This document shows, piece by piece, positions 1 to 8,989 of a stretch of 51,216 nt of DNA. The translations under genes were made by a program, and so were the position numbers. Positions within the stretch are counted from its first letter, which is position 1, and every line of letters starts with the position of its first letter. Source of the stretch: an uncultured Alphaproteobacteria bacterium (GTDB lineage: Bacteria; Pseudomonadota; Alphaproteobacteria; RF32; CAG-239); the NCBI GenBank assembly GCA_944390035.1, contig CALXOP010000113.1:1-51216 (forward strand), read 5' to 3'. The notes under the pieces were generated by a model. The model was not told the DNA's origin, ran no database searches, and saw nothing but the letters and a program-made list of their open reading frames with translations.

Positions 1-55
1 AGACGGCGCCACCCGAGATCTACACTCTGACCCGGCCCGACGCGCTTCCGACCCT
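1..55. other. Probable sequencing-adapter remnant (Illumina TruSeq universal/P5-like), not genomic sequence
   Basis: Nt 13-28 CCGAGATCTACACTCT exactly match the core of the TruSeq universal adapter. The flanks (ACGGCG..CCACC.. and ..CGACGC.CTTCCGA.C.T) follow the adapter order at roughly 80% identity by eye. The genuine 93-bp repeat starts immediately afterwards. Confidence 0.7.
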
Positions 56-334
56 GAAGAAAGTGCCGCGCCCGAACAGGCTGCTCCGGCTGAAGACGCC
101 TCAACCGAAGGGCAAGACTGGGAGTGGGACTATGAAGAAGTGCCCGCTGAAGAAAGTGCCGCACCCGAACAGGCTGCCCCGGCTGAAGATAATGCGACCG
201 AGGGGCAAGACTGGGAGTGGGACTATGAAGAAGTGCCCGCTGAGGAAAGTGCCGCACCCGAACAGGCTGCTCCGGCTGAAGATAATGCGACCGAGGGGCA
301 AGATTGGGAGTGGGACTATGAAGAAGTGCCTGAA
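56..334 (+). repeat. Tandem 93-bp (31-codon) repeat, 3 copies, truncated by contig end
   Basis: GA(A/G)GAAAGTGCCGC recurs at 56, 149 and 242, an exact 93-nt period. The copies are near-identical. The repeat is GC-rich relative to the rest of the window. Confidence 0.9.
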
Positions 335-637
335 GGCGAAGAAGAAACTTCTCCTTCCGTGTCTGAGAAATTACAAGATGCTAATAATGACAAAGCACTT
401 AAATTTGCTGACAAATTTAATGATCCTTATCATCCGGAAACAACCTCAGACACAGAAGAATCTTCTCCTCTGAGCTCGATTTACGGCGGAGAAGTATATT
501 TTCAGGATAAAGTCTATCAACAGCAAAATGACGAGGCAATTTCAGCCATTGATGTGCCGGAAAATATTGCAGATAACTTTCCTTTGTCGGATACGGATGA
601 AAAAGATGAACCTTATAAACCCAAGACAACGATATAG
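56..637 (+). CDS. C-terminal part of an acidic repeat protein (5' end missing at contig edge); function unknown
   Basis: The frame of the listed ORF 140..637 stays open back to nt 2. It carries three 31-aa repeats (EESAAPEQAAPAEDNATEGQDWEWDYEEVPA) followed by a unique acidic tail, with a stop at 635-637. It is the longest and least low-complexity of the frames over the repeat. Confidence 0.55.
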   Translation, partial: EESAAPEQAAPAEDASTEGQDWEWDYEEVPAEESAAPEQAAPAEDNATEGQDWEWDYEEVPAEESAAPEQAAPAEDNATEGQDWEWDYEEVPEGEEETSPSVSEKLQDANNDKALKFADKFNDPYHPETTSDTEESSPLSSIYGGEVYFQDKVYQQQNDEAISAIDVPENIADNFPLSDTDEKDEPYKPKTTI

Positions 638-712
638 TTGGGTAAAGGTTAGAGAAAATAATTTACAAACCTTAACAGCTAAATTAAATTGATTAAAGAA
701 TTAGGAGCTGAT

Positions 713-1375
713 ATGGAACAAAATACCAATACCGAACATAACCCTTTGCAACAACAAAGCAAAGAACAACCTCAGGCAAGCGCATTTCCCCAAAGTGCGC
801 CATCGGCAACAAGTGCGCAACAGCAAGCTCCCGCACCTTCTAAGGAAAGCCTGTGGTATGTTGATAATTATATCTTGCTCAAAGATTATTATGACCGCAC
901 AATTTCAAGAATCGCAGCCAGATGCGTTCGGATGGGAAATATTGCCATGGAAGAATATCCTTTCTATGGTTATATTTTGGATGTTTTGGAAGAAATCAGC
1001 GACACGGGAGATTATATTCTTCAGCACAAAGAGCTTTACCCTTATGTGGAAAAGAAAATTGCCGGCGGAATTAACGAACTGAAAAAAACTTTGTCAGAAT
1101 ACCAAGAAGAACTGCGCCGCAACTCTTCTCCGGATATGATAAAAGAAGATGAATCCGAAATTGAAAAAATGAAAGAAGCTCTCGGTGCCGTTACCAGCGT
1201 GGCCGATGACCCGACCGTTGGTGCCGGTATGAATATGGACCAGTTGATGGATAAATTATTGGCAGAAGACCAAGCTAAAAAAACCATCAAAAAAGTGATT
1301 AAAATAAGAAAACCCGTGGCTCAAGCCGCAGAGGCGGCCGTTCCTCAAAAAGCGGAAGGAAATGAAAACAAATGA
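713..1375 (+). CDS. Hypothetical protein (Gln/Ala/Pro-rich N-terminus, acidic helical C-terminus)
   Basis: The listed ORF 689..1375 begins with TTG. An in-frame ATG at 713 is preceded by AGGAG at about 703-707. The stop overlaps the ATG of the next gene (ATGA at 1372-1375). I recognise no family. Confidence 0.6.
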   Translation: MEQNTNTEHNPLQQQSKEQPQASAFPQSAPSATSAQQQAPAPSKESLWYVDNYILLKDYYDRTISRIAARCVRMGNIAMEEYPFYGYILDVLEEISDTGDYILQHKELYPYVEKKIAGGINELKKTLSEYQEELRRNSSPDMIKEDESEIEKMKEALGAVTSVADDPTVGAGMNMDQLMDKLLAEDQAKKTIKKVIKIRKPVAQAAEAAVPQKAEGNENK

Positions 1376-2634
1376 AATACCATTTGGGGAATATAAGTCT
1401 TTTGATTGCTCTTGCCGTGATGGCGGTAGGGGTGGTTGCTTGTACCCCTAAACAGCCGCAAAGAGAACTTTCTATAGAAGAAAAAATTGCCTCGGACACC
1501 ATTTTTCCCCAAGACCCTAACATGATTAGGACGTCTAAAGGAGCCAGTGCTCTCGATTTGGAAACACCATTGAGATGCTATGTTAATTGGAATACTCAGG
1601 AAATGATTACCTCTATTCCTTATAACATCAAAGCCTTTAATTTGGTGAGAAACGGCAAAAATGACATGTTGCCCAGATTTGAGGTTACAGGCTTTACTTT
1701 TTCGACCATGCCGGCAGAAAAAGCCATTTATAAATTAACAAAAGAAGCCGGAATTAAATTGGTGGCAAAAGATGCTCCTTATGCCAGTATTTCGGCGGAA
1801 AATCTCCGTGGTGAGCTCTCCGAAGTTATTGCCATGTTAGCCGATGCGGCCGAAATTTACTATGCTTATGATGCCGACAGGAAAACTCTGACCCTTAGCC
1901 GCAAAGCAAACTTTAGTTTGTTTGTACCAAAGTCACGGCCGATTATTTTGGCCTTGCTTGATGTGCTCAGAGGTTCCGGCATTACCGATATGACAACTGA
2001 CTGGTCCGATTATTCCGTCACCTTTGATGCCGATTTTGAGCTTAAAAACAAAATAAATAAATTGGTTAATTCTTTTGAGGATAATCCAACATTGATTGCT
2101 TTTGACGTAAAGGTGTTTCGAATCTATCCTTACGGCAAGCAAGATGTTGAGTGGCAAGACTTGTTACAAACTTTTGACTTTGGCACAATCAAAACAACTA
2201 AAACCGGCGTTATCGGACGGTCTTTAACAACCTCTAACGACCTCAATATTTCTACGCTCAGAAGTTTTTTGGGACAACAAGCATTGGTCGTTCCCGTAGC
2301 TGAGGGTAAATTTGTGGTGCCGAACTTATGGTTTGCTCGTTTTGATATTGGTAAATGCAGTGCCAGAGACTCGATTGAAACCGATTTGTCAGTGTTGGCC
2401 AAGGCTTCTTTGGAGCACAATAATCGTATCTTCTCAGATATTACGCTTGAGGCAACCAACGGGCAAATTACGCAATTTAAGGTACGTACCCGTATCGGTG
2501 AAAATTTTATGATTATCGGTATTCCTAACCAAATCTTTGATAAAAATTCGGCTAAGTCGGAAACCGTAGTCTTTATGGTACCCAGAATTATCAGAACAAT
2601 GAAATCGTCAAAACCAGTACAAAATAATTTGTAA
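1372..2634 (+). CDS. Secretin-family-like outer-membrane lipoprotein (short PilN-like paralog)
   Basis: Signal peptide with a lipobox (VGVVAC). An N0-like segment (MPAEKAIYKLTKEAGIKLV...EIYYAYDADRKTLTLSRKANFSLFVP) parallels the PilN-like protein at 35617 (..GIWWKYDRKEIYFYKYQTRTFVLYSLP). The N1-like segment VTFDADFELKNKINKLV..IAFDVKVFRI parallels VTATPNDIKKIAKFI..VAISIKVLQV. The C-terminus ENFMIIGIP...SETVVFMVPRII resembles a secretin C-terminal strand. Confidence 0.5.
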   Translation: MKYHLGNISLLIALAVMAVGVVACTPKQPQRELSIEEKIASDTIFPQDPNMIRTSKGASALDLETPLRCYVNWNTQEMITSIPYNIKAFNLVRNGKNDMLPRFEVTGFTFSTMPAEKAIYKLTKEAGIKLVAKDAPYASISAENLRGELSEVIAMLADAAEIYYAYDADRKTLTLSRKANFSLFVPKSRPIILALLDVLRGSGITDMTTDWSDYSVTFDADFELKNKINKLVNSFEDNPTLIAFDVKVFRIYPYGKQDVEWQDLLQTFDFGTIKTTKTGVIGRSLTTSNDLNISTLRSFLGQQALVVPVAEGKFVVPNLWFARFDIGKCSARDSIETDLSVLAKASLEHNNRIFSDITLEATNGQITQFKVRTRIGENFMIIGIPNQIFDKNSAKSETVVFMVPRIIRTMKSSKPVQNNL

Positions 2635-2643
2635 GGATTGATT

Positions 2644-3357
2644 ATGGATGATATAACACAAAATAATACTAATATGCCGCAAAATTTTGATCCGACCAGA
2701 CGTTTGAAAAAAGTAAAGCGTCCGATTAAGCGTATTGTTCCGGGACAAGCCGCTCAGCCGGCCGTTCCCAGCGCTTTTTCAGGAAATGAGGCTTCGGTTG
2801 GTGGGAATTCTTCGCAAATCAGTCAACCAAACAGCTTTAATATTGATGATATTTTGGATGGAAACACTAATTTGCCGGTATCGGCTCAAGAAACGGAAGT
2901 CTCTAGTCAAGATTCTGCTTTTCAGCCCCAATTTATCAACGACAGCGACGTTACGCCGCCTAAACTTTCTTTGGCTGAACAGTTGATGCAAGGCAATATG
3001 TTTACCATGAAAGGAATGTCTTTAATTGCCTTGTTGGTTTTTGTGCTCGGTTTGTTTGCGGCTAAACTCTTTTTCACACAACAAACCGTTGTCAGAGATG
3101 GGCTGCAAGGCGTGGTCTTTAATCCGGAAGTGCCCAGAGGGCGCGCTCGTTGCGGTGTGGCTGAAAGAACACAAGGTTGTGTGCTATATATTATGAATCC
3201 GCAACGCCAAGAGCTCACGGGAAGAGATTTTTATGATTTGGCATCACAATTAACCAGCCGTCAAAGGTTTGTGATTGAGACCGGAAATATGCGTTATTCT
3301 AACGTTAAAATTCGTCCCGGTGATATTGCACAGCTCAATATTCCGCCTTTGCAATAA
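2644..3357 (+). CDS. Bitopic membrane protein, unknown function
   Basis: The listed ORF starts at TTG 2638. An ATG at 2644 lies 6 nt after AAGGA. There is a single transmembrane (TM) helix, MSLIALLVFVLGLFAAKLFF, at about aa 125-145, then a ~90-aa C-terminal domain with two Cys. Confidence 0.6.
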   Translation: MDDITQNNTNMPQNFDPTRRLKKVKRPIKRIVPGQAAQPAVPSAFSGNEASVGGNSSQISQPNSFNIDDILDGNTNLPVSAQETEVSSQDSAFQPQFINDSDVTPPKLSLAEQLMQGNMFTMKGMSLIALLVFVLGLFAAKLFFTQQTVVRDGLQGVVFNPEVPRGRARCGVAERTQGCVLYIMNPQRQELTGRDFYDLASQLTSRQRFVIETGNMRYSNVKIRPGDIAQLNIPPLQ

Positions 3358-3362
3358 TTACT

Positions 3363-3394
3363 AAAAAAAAAGAGGACCAAAGGTCCTCTTTTTT
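3363..3394. terminator. Bidirectional intrinsic terminator between convergent genes
   Basis: An A9 run, then the stem AGAGGACC / GGTCCTCT with loop AAA, then a T-run. It sits between the stop of 2644..3357 (+) and the stop of virB11 (-). Confidence 0.75.
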
Positions 3395-4361
3395 ATGTTA
3401 CTTCGGTTACGGCACGGAGGTTGCCGTCACGGTTGATTTGCACTACTCTTAATTTGCGGTGCATTTCTTTAATGGTTTTTTCGCGGTCAATTGTCGGATA
3501 GCTGTGCAAAATACGGTCAACAAAGGCTTCATACGCGGCCTCTGAGCTCTCAGCGTGGATGGTTGCCAGGCAGTTATCGTGTCCGGACCCCATCAGCTCC
3601 CACAAAGCGCCGGCATTGTTAGTTGAAATCTCACCGCCGATAATGGCATCAGGCGTGAAACGCACTACCAAGTCAATGATTTTTGAATAGTCAAATTCAT
3701 TGGTTTGTTCGGTACGTGACATTACAATATGGACACGATTGGGATGCGGAACAATTAGTTCTCGCGTATCTTCAATGGTGATGATTCTTTTGTGAATATC
3801 CAAAATTTTTAGAAGATTGTTCAAAAAAGTTGTTTTACCGGTAGCGGTTGCACCGGATACCAAAATATGGTCACCGCGTTTGATACTTAACAGCAATCGT
3901 TCATAAGGGTCTTCCGGGTCTTGAATATCTTTCAGAGGATTAATTTTATGCAGGCTTTCACCTTGCTTTAAGCCGTAATCTTGCAGACCAAAGGCAACAT
4001 CATCGCTATGGACACGAATTGTTAAGGCGACGCCACCGGTGAGGTCATCTTGGTCATACATTACGTTGCGCCCGCAAATGGCTGAAAAACGGTGATCTCC
4101 CGGAATTGTGGCATAAACAACCGGCGTGCCTTGTACCGGATCAAACGGTAGTTCATAGGTGTTGGCAATAATATAGAGTAAATCCGTCAGGTATTCTTTG
4201 GTTAATTTTTCGTCTTTGTACATTACCCAAGGATAGGCTCTTTTGCCCCTGAGGCGCAGCCAAACCTGTCCGGAGCGGTTAATTGCCACTTCTTCTATGT
4301 TTTCTTGATTATACCAGTATGCCAAAGGGCGTAAAACTGACTCTAAAACTTTAAAACTCAT
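3393..4361 (-). CDS. virB11: Type IV secretion ATPase VirB11
   Basis: 322 aa. Walker A SGATATGKTTFLN, IEDTRE (Asp box), GGEI and ATIHA (His box) occur in the usual VirB11/GspE-superfamily order. GGGAG Shine-Dalgarno (SD) sequence upstream. It is the last gene of the virB-like operon. Confidence 0.9.
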   Translation of the reverse strand: MSFKVLESVLRPLAYWYNQENIEEVAINRSGQVWLRLRGKRAYPWVMYKDEKLTKEYLTDLLYIIANTYELPFDPVQGTPVVYATIPGDHRFSAICGRNVMYDQDDLTGGVALTIRVHSDDVAFGLQDYGLKQGESLHKINPLKDIQDPEDPYERLLLSIKRGDHILVSGATATGKTTFLNNLLKILDIHKRIITIEDTRELIVPHPNRVHIVMSRTEQTNEFDYSKIIDLVVRFTPDAIIGGEISTNNAGALWELMGSGHDNCLATIHAESSEAAYEAFVDRILHSYPTIDREKTIKEMHRKLRVVQINRDGNLRAVTEVT

Positions 4362-4372
4362 CTTCTTACTCC

Positions 4373-7300
4373 CTAAAACAGTTGCGGAACACTGCTATCC
4401 GTATTTTGCGTACTGCTGCTGGTGGCCGCGCCCGGCGTGCTTGAAGTTGCAAACGACGGTGGTGGCGGCGGTGTGGCGCCGGTAGAGGTATTTGAAATCA
4501 GGGCCGGCGGATTGTTGCTCTGCTTGTTGGTGGTTGCACCTTTGGTATCATCAATCAAAGCCGGCGTGCCACCTTTGGCCTCAACATCTATGGCTTGGGA
4601 TTCATAGATAACGTTGCCGGTACCGGTCGGAGAGGCTTCGGTCTTGCCTAAGCTCCGACGGTTCTTTTCGAGCTCACGTTTGCCGGTGACAACCGGGTCA
4701 TCAATAAAGACGTCTTTCTTACCCATGCCTCCCAATTCTTTCGGATTACGATCTCTGGTTCGCATCCACAAATCTACGTTCGGATAAACAATAATACGCG
4801 TACCGGCCGGAACATAGGTCAATGGGCGAATATTGGTTTTATCCGACAGGATTTGCTCAAATACTTGATTCATTTGGTTCAAGAAATTTTGGCGTGCATC
4901 ATTGGCGGCTTGTTGTTTCGGGGTTTCATTAACACCGCTGCTCTCATTATCATCATCTGCCATAATATATGAGGTATAGCTGGTGAGTGCCGTGGTCATA
5001 ATCGGCAAAGTATATTTCTTAAACAACTGCTGGTCTAAGTAACCAAGAGCACCACCGCGACCTTGGGCGTCGCCGGTAATTCCGCTGAAGACAAATAGCG
5101 AACCGTCCGGACGAATTAGTCTTTCCCAAGTAATCTGTACTTTAGCCGACTGCGATGTGGTTTCGGTCGTTCCCGTTAAGCTGCCGAGTGTGCCCATAAT
5201 TCGGCTACCTGCCGGAATTATGATGTTTCGACCTTCTTCGGCATAGACATTACGTTCAACAAAAGCGGTTACCGGTGTTGGGTTATTGCTGTCAATGGAG
5301 CGAGCAATAACGGCCGGTATCGGTTTATCGGCAAATATCATCTCACTCAAGTCAACCCGCCATGATGAAATGGCTTTTTTGATTCCTTGTTCATCCCAGT
5401 CTTTTTGCATACCGTCAAACGTATCCGGGCTAATATTGCTGCTGATTTTTCCGACTTGCATATTGCTCCGGCGTTCTTGTTGTGCAGCATCTAAGGCCAT
5501 AGCTCTTTGCGGGTCATATCTTTCACCCGGACCAAAACCGCCACCCGGACCTAGGTTGCCTCCAGGACCCGTGCCGGTACCATAAGCGCCACCGCGACCA
5601 AAGGTGCCGGCAGGAATAAACATATCGCCGGTGGAAGGTTTCGCTGTTTCTTCAATTCCGATTAATGCGCCGTCATCATCAATGACCAGACCATCCGGCA
5701 TACGATGTCCGACGACTTTTCCTTCCTTATTAACAACGCTGCCGTCTTCCATAATATCCCCTAAATATTCACCGTCTGGCGTTAGAGCAATCCCTAAAGA
5801 GCGGCGATATTTTTCGGTCATTTTCTCTTCTTCCGGTGAGAGGCCGATTTCGGGTATTTCGCCTGGACGATTGTACCAATCTGGTCTCTCTGTTGGTGAT
5901 TTTGGTGCAATGATAGAACCTATTGTGTTTCCATTAGCGTCTAGTATGGTTCCGTTTTCACCCAATTTGCCAATTATTTTTCCCGTATTGTCAACAACAC
6001 TACCGTCAGGCAAAACTTTTCCTATAACGTTACCGTTGGCATCATAAGCCACTTTGGTGCTGGCCAATTCTCCGACCAAATTACCATTTTTATCAACAAC
6101 CTTGCCGTTTTGTACCATTCCGATAACTTTGCCGTTTTCATCGGTAACGGTTCCATCCGCGTTAACATAGCCAAGTAAATTGCCATTAACATCAAAAACT
6201 TTTTCTCTGGCTACAATTTCACCGTAATACTGCAACGGTTTGGCAACGGCGACAATTCGACCATTTGTATCAATAATACTGCCATTTTTGGTGATTGTTC
6301 CCAGGATTGTATTATTAATGTCTCTTAGCTCGCCTTTTAGATTCAGTTCGCCTAAGATGCGGTTAGAATCATCTCGGATGTAAAAGTCCCGATTGCCACG
6401 GCCTTTTACTTCATCATTTTTATCAATCAAAAATCCTCGGCTTAAACGACCCAAATTTTGATTTACAAAAGATAAGACCGTTCCGTCTTTTTGGATAACG
6501 CCGATGACTTCGTAATCATTATCATAAATATAAAAATCATAAAGTGCATAACCGATTTTGCGGTTGTCGTTAATGACATTTCCTTCAAAGTCAACCTGAC
6601 CGATGGTGTTGCCTTGCGCGTCTAAGACTTTGCCTTCTTGGGTGATGCGTCCGATATATTTGTTGGCCAGGCTGAATGCATAACGATATTTAAAGAGATG
6701 TCCGATGGGAGCTCCGGTTTTGGAATTAACATTGCCGTTTGCTTGGGCATAGCCGATAAATTGGTTCTCCGAATTAACGATTTGACCGTCTAAAACGCTT
6801 CGACCCAAAAGAACCCCGTTAAAACTCATAACCGGATAATATTCAATGGTGTGTGCCAAAGAAACACCGTCATCACTTTTGAGAAAGCCTCGTTTATCAA
6901 TACAACCCAAAACATTATTATTGTAATTCAAAACTTGACCGTTGCTTGAAACCGTACCAATGATGTTGCCGTTATAATCAATGACTGCAGTCGAATTTAC
7001 GCTGTAGCCGATATATGTTCCGTTTTCGGAGACGACTTGTCCGTTTAACAAAGGGCGCCCCATAACGGTTTCTCGATAGTTGCGGACTTCTCCGCGAGAC
7101 GTAATAACACCCAAAAACGAACATTTATCATCAATAACCGTGGCATAATCTATCGCTCCACCAATGGCAGATCCCGTGTTATCTACCAAAATTGATTCGG
7201 CTGTGATTTTGCCAAGATTAGCTCGTCCAAAGTCTGTGGCTATTCCCAAATTATTAACATAACCACCTAACCGACCGTTAAACAACAGAGCCAGTTGCGC

Positions 7301-8989
7301 TGAGCTGCCTCGCCCTAATTGCGGCATCATATTAACCGAAGCGTTATCTGTGGCCGCAATAACCGAACCATCTGGAATATATTTGCCCAAAATGCTCCCG
7401 TCTGTCTTTTGTACGAGATTGCGATTGTTAAGCAGGCCAATCGAATTGCCTTCTGAATTTACAAAGTAGCCATTATCGATATTTTTGCCGATGATTAAAT
7501 TGCGCTCATCAACATTATAGCCTGATTGGGTTAATTTTCCTAAGGCCCGGACATTGTTGTTGGTTAATTGTCCATTGGGCATAATTTGCGCAATTGGGGT
7601 GCCCGTAATATTGTAAATTCCGGATAAAGGCAAGCCGCGTCCCGAAGGTTTGCCATCGGCTGAGAAGAGGTAACCAAACGGAGACATAAATTTTTTCTCT
7701 TCACCGTCCATTACGGCTCCACTAATGCCAACCAGTCCCAAAACTTGATTGTTGGAATTAATGGCTAACAAGTTCCGCATGGTGGCGCCAATGGCTCGGC
7801 CGGTATTTTCATAAGCCATGTTATCCATAATATAGCCGGCAGGCGTGCCCTCCATGGTGATAATTGAGCCATTTTTCAGGGCATGGGCTCTTAGCGTACC
7901 TCGATAATCAAAAACCGGACCGGCATTGATAATGCGACCAATCAAAGTTCCGTCTGCCGACAATACAGCCCCGCGCGGACCGACTTGTCCGACTTCATCT
8001 TTACCTTTGCGAATTTTGCCTTGCGGAACAACGCGTCCTAAATATTTGCCGTTTAAGTCTGTGGCCGTTGCTGAAAAATCAACCACAGAACCAATAATTT
8101 CTCCTTGCAGATTGGCAATTGTTTCGTCGGCTTGAACATGTCCTATAATCATGTTTTTGTCAATGACTTCACCATTGTATGTAACAAAACCGAGGTATTT
8201 GCCGGAATTATGTACAGCATAGCCTGAACGAACAATACTGCCGATAATTTGATTGTCGTTATTATAAACAAAACCGTTGGCCTTTACATAGCCAATCGTT
8301 ATGGCATCAAAATTGGTGACACTGCCGCCGGGGGCAACACTTCCGATAAACTCGCCACTCAGAGATACAACCATTTTAGAGGAAATGAGACGTCCGTCCA
8401 AAATATATTCTTGGCCAACCTTACGATAGGCATAACCATCAGGAGAAATAAAGCCGATTGCCTGTCCTTGCAAGTTGGTATATAAACCATCACCGGTTAG
8501 ACGTCCTACCGTTTTGCCATCGTCAGAATAAACCAATCCCGGAAAAAGAACCGAACCAACTACATTAAAGAAATCATCCAAAACCAATCCGTTAGGCAGT
8601 ACTTTGGCGATGATTTTACCGGAAGGTAAGCGAACGGAGCCATCGTTATTTACTTTGCCCAAAGGTTTGTTATCATTGCCGATGGCAATTCCTTGAGGGA
8701 CGACACCACCGATAATTTCCCCGTCAAAATTTAGAATTAAGCTGTCGGCGGTTACATTGCCGATTAGTTGATTGTCAAAGCTCACAACCTTACCGTCGGG
8801 TATGACTTTTCCGATTAAGTCACCGTTAAAGTCAACCGCCGTGATTTCCTGAGCTTGGGCATTAACGCAAAAAAGCAACATTCCAAACAGAATATTGACA
8901 AATTTCAGCGCTTTGACGCAACATTTTTTGTTTGTGCTTGCCCCTATCAACTCAGTTCCTCCGGTTCTTTGCAACTTCCTGCAATGCAT
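4373..8989 (-). CDS. virB10: Giant VirB10/TrbI-family protein (~1538 aa): N-terminal TM, ~1100-aa repeat region, Gly/Pro linker, VirB10 C-terminal domain, 125-aa Pro/Ser/Thr tail
   Basis: The C-terminal block (nt ~4760-5375) reads ISSWRVDLSEMIFADKPIPAV...ERNVYAEEGRNIIIPAGSRIMG...ITWERLIRPDGS...GALGYLDQQLFKKY...RPLTYVPAGTRIIVYPNVDLW, the TrbI/VirB10 barrel pattern. The N-terminal hydrophobic segment is FVNILFGMLLFCV. The listed start 8998 is TTG; the first ATG is at 8989. Confidence 0.85.
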   Translation of the reverse strand: MHCRKLQRTGGTELIGASTNKKCCVKALKFVNILFGMLLFCVNAQAQEITAVDFNGDLIGKVIPDGKVVSFDNQLIGNVTADSLILNFDGEIIGGVVPQGIAIGNDNKPLGKVNNDGSVRLPSGKIIAKVLPNGLVLDDFFNVVGSVLFPGLVYSDDGKTVGRLTGDGLYTNLQGQAIGFISPDGYAYRKVGQEYILDGRLISSKMVVSLSGEFIGSVAPGGSVTNFDAITIGYVKANGFVYNNDNQIIGSIVRSGYAVHNSGKYLGFVTYNGEVIDKNMIIGHVQADETIANLQGEIIGSVVDFSATATDLNGKYLGRVVPQGKIRKGKDEVGQVGPRGAVLSADGTLIGRIINAGPVFDYRGTLRAHALKNGSIITMEGTPAGYIMDNMAYENTGRAIGATMRNLLAINSNNQVLGLVGISGAVMDGEEKKFMSPFGYLFSADGKPSGRGLPLSGIYNITGTPIAQIMPNGQLTNNNVRALGKLTQSGYNVDERNLIIGKNIDNGYFVNSEGNSIGLLNNRNLVQKTDGSILGKYIPDGSVIAATDNASVNMMPQLGRGSSAQLALLFNGRLGGYVNNLGIATDFGRANLGKITAESILVDNTGSAIGGAIDYATVIDDKCSFLGVITSRGEVRNYRETVMGRPLLNGQVVSENGTYIGYSVNSTAVIDYNGNIIGTVSSNGQVLNYNNNVLGCIDKRGFLKSDDGVSLAHTIEYYPVMSFNGVLLGRSVLDGQIVNSENQFIGYAQANGNVNSKTGAPIGHLFKYRYAFSLANKYIGRITQEGKVLDAQGNTIGQVDFEGNVINDNRKIGYALYDFYIYDNDYEVIGVIQKDGTVLSFVNQNLGRLSRGFLIDKNDEVKGRGNRDFYIRDDSNRILGELNLKGELRDINNTILGTITKNGSIIDTNGRIVAVAKPLQYYGEIVAREKVFDVNGNLLGYVNADGTVTDENGKVIGMVQNGKVVDKNGNLVGELASTKVAYDANGNVIGKVLPDGSVVDNTGKIIGKLGENGTILDANGNTIGSIIAPKSPTERPDWYNRPGEIPEIGLSPEEEKMTEKYRRSLGIALTPDGEYLGDIMEDGSVVNKEGKVVGHRMPDGLVIDDDGALIGIEETAKPSTGDMFIPAGTFGRGGAYGTGTGPGGNLGPGGGFGPGERYDPQRAMALDAAQQERRSNMQVGKISSNISPDTFDGMQKDWDEQGIKKAISSWRVDLSEMIFADKPIPAVIARSIDSNNPTPVTAFVERNVYAEEGRNIIIPAGSRIMGTLGSLTGTTETTSQSAKVQITWERLIRPDGSLFVFSGITGDAQGRGGALGYLDQQLFKKYTLPIMTTALTSYTSYIMADDDNESSGVNETPKQQAANDARQNFLNQMNQVFEQILSDKTNIRPLTYVPAGTRIIVYPNVDLWMRTRDRNPKELGGMGKKDVFIDDPVVTGKRELEKNRRSLGKTEASPTGTGNVIYESQAIDVEAKGGTPALIDDTKGATTNKQSNNPPALISNTSTGATPPPPPSFATSSTPGAATSSSTQNTDSSVPQLF
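5620..8850 (-). repeat. Coding repeat region of virB10 (degenerate ~17-20-aa G-x-x-I-G-x-V-x-x-D/N-G-x-V units)
   Basis: The translation shows continuous recurrence of [DN]G.[VI].....G..[IL]G.V throughout. The units are most regular just upstream of the Gly/Pro linker (..VFDVNGNLLGYVNADGTVTDENGKVIGMV..YDANGNVIGKVLPDGSVVDNTGKIIGKL..). Confidence 0.8.

Noticed and set aside
63-473. 136-aa ORF (and the 66-aa minus-strand ORF at 101..301) over the 93-bp repeat
   Set aside because: It is an alternative frame of the same tandem repeat. The product is a basic low-complexity sequence (PNRLLRLK..GKTGSGTMKKCP repeated) and ends inside the unique region. The acidic frame continues through unique sequence to a stop at 637 and is the better coding candidate.
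795-3218. Overlapping alternative-frame ORFs (795..1082, 1042..1290, 2130..2459, 2735..2986, 2922..3218)
   Set aside because: They are nested within longer ORFs that have SD sequences, signal peptides or lipoboxes and form a coherent operon. The nested products have no recognisable features.
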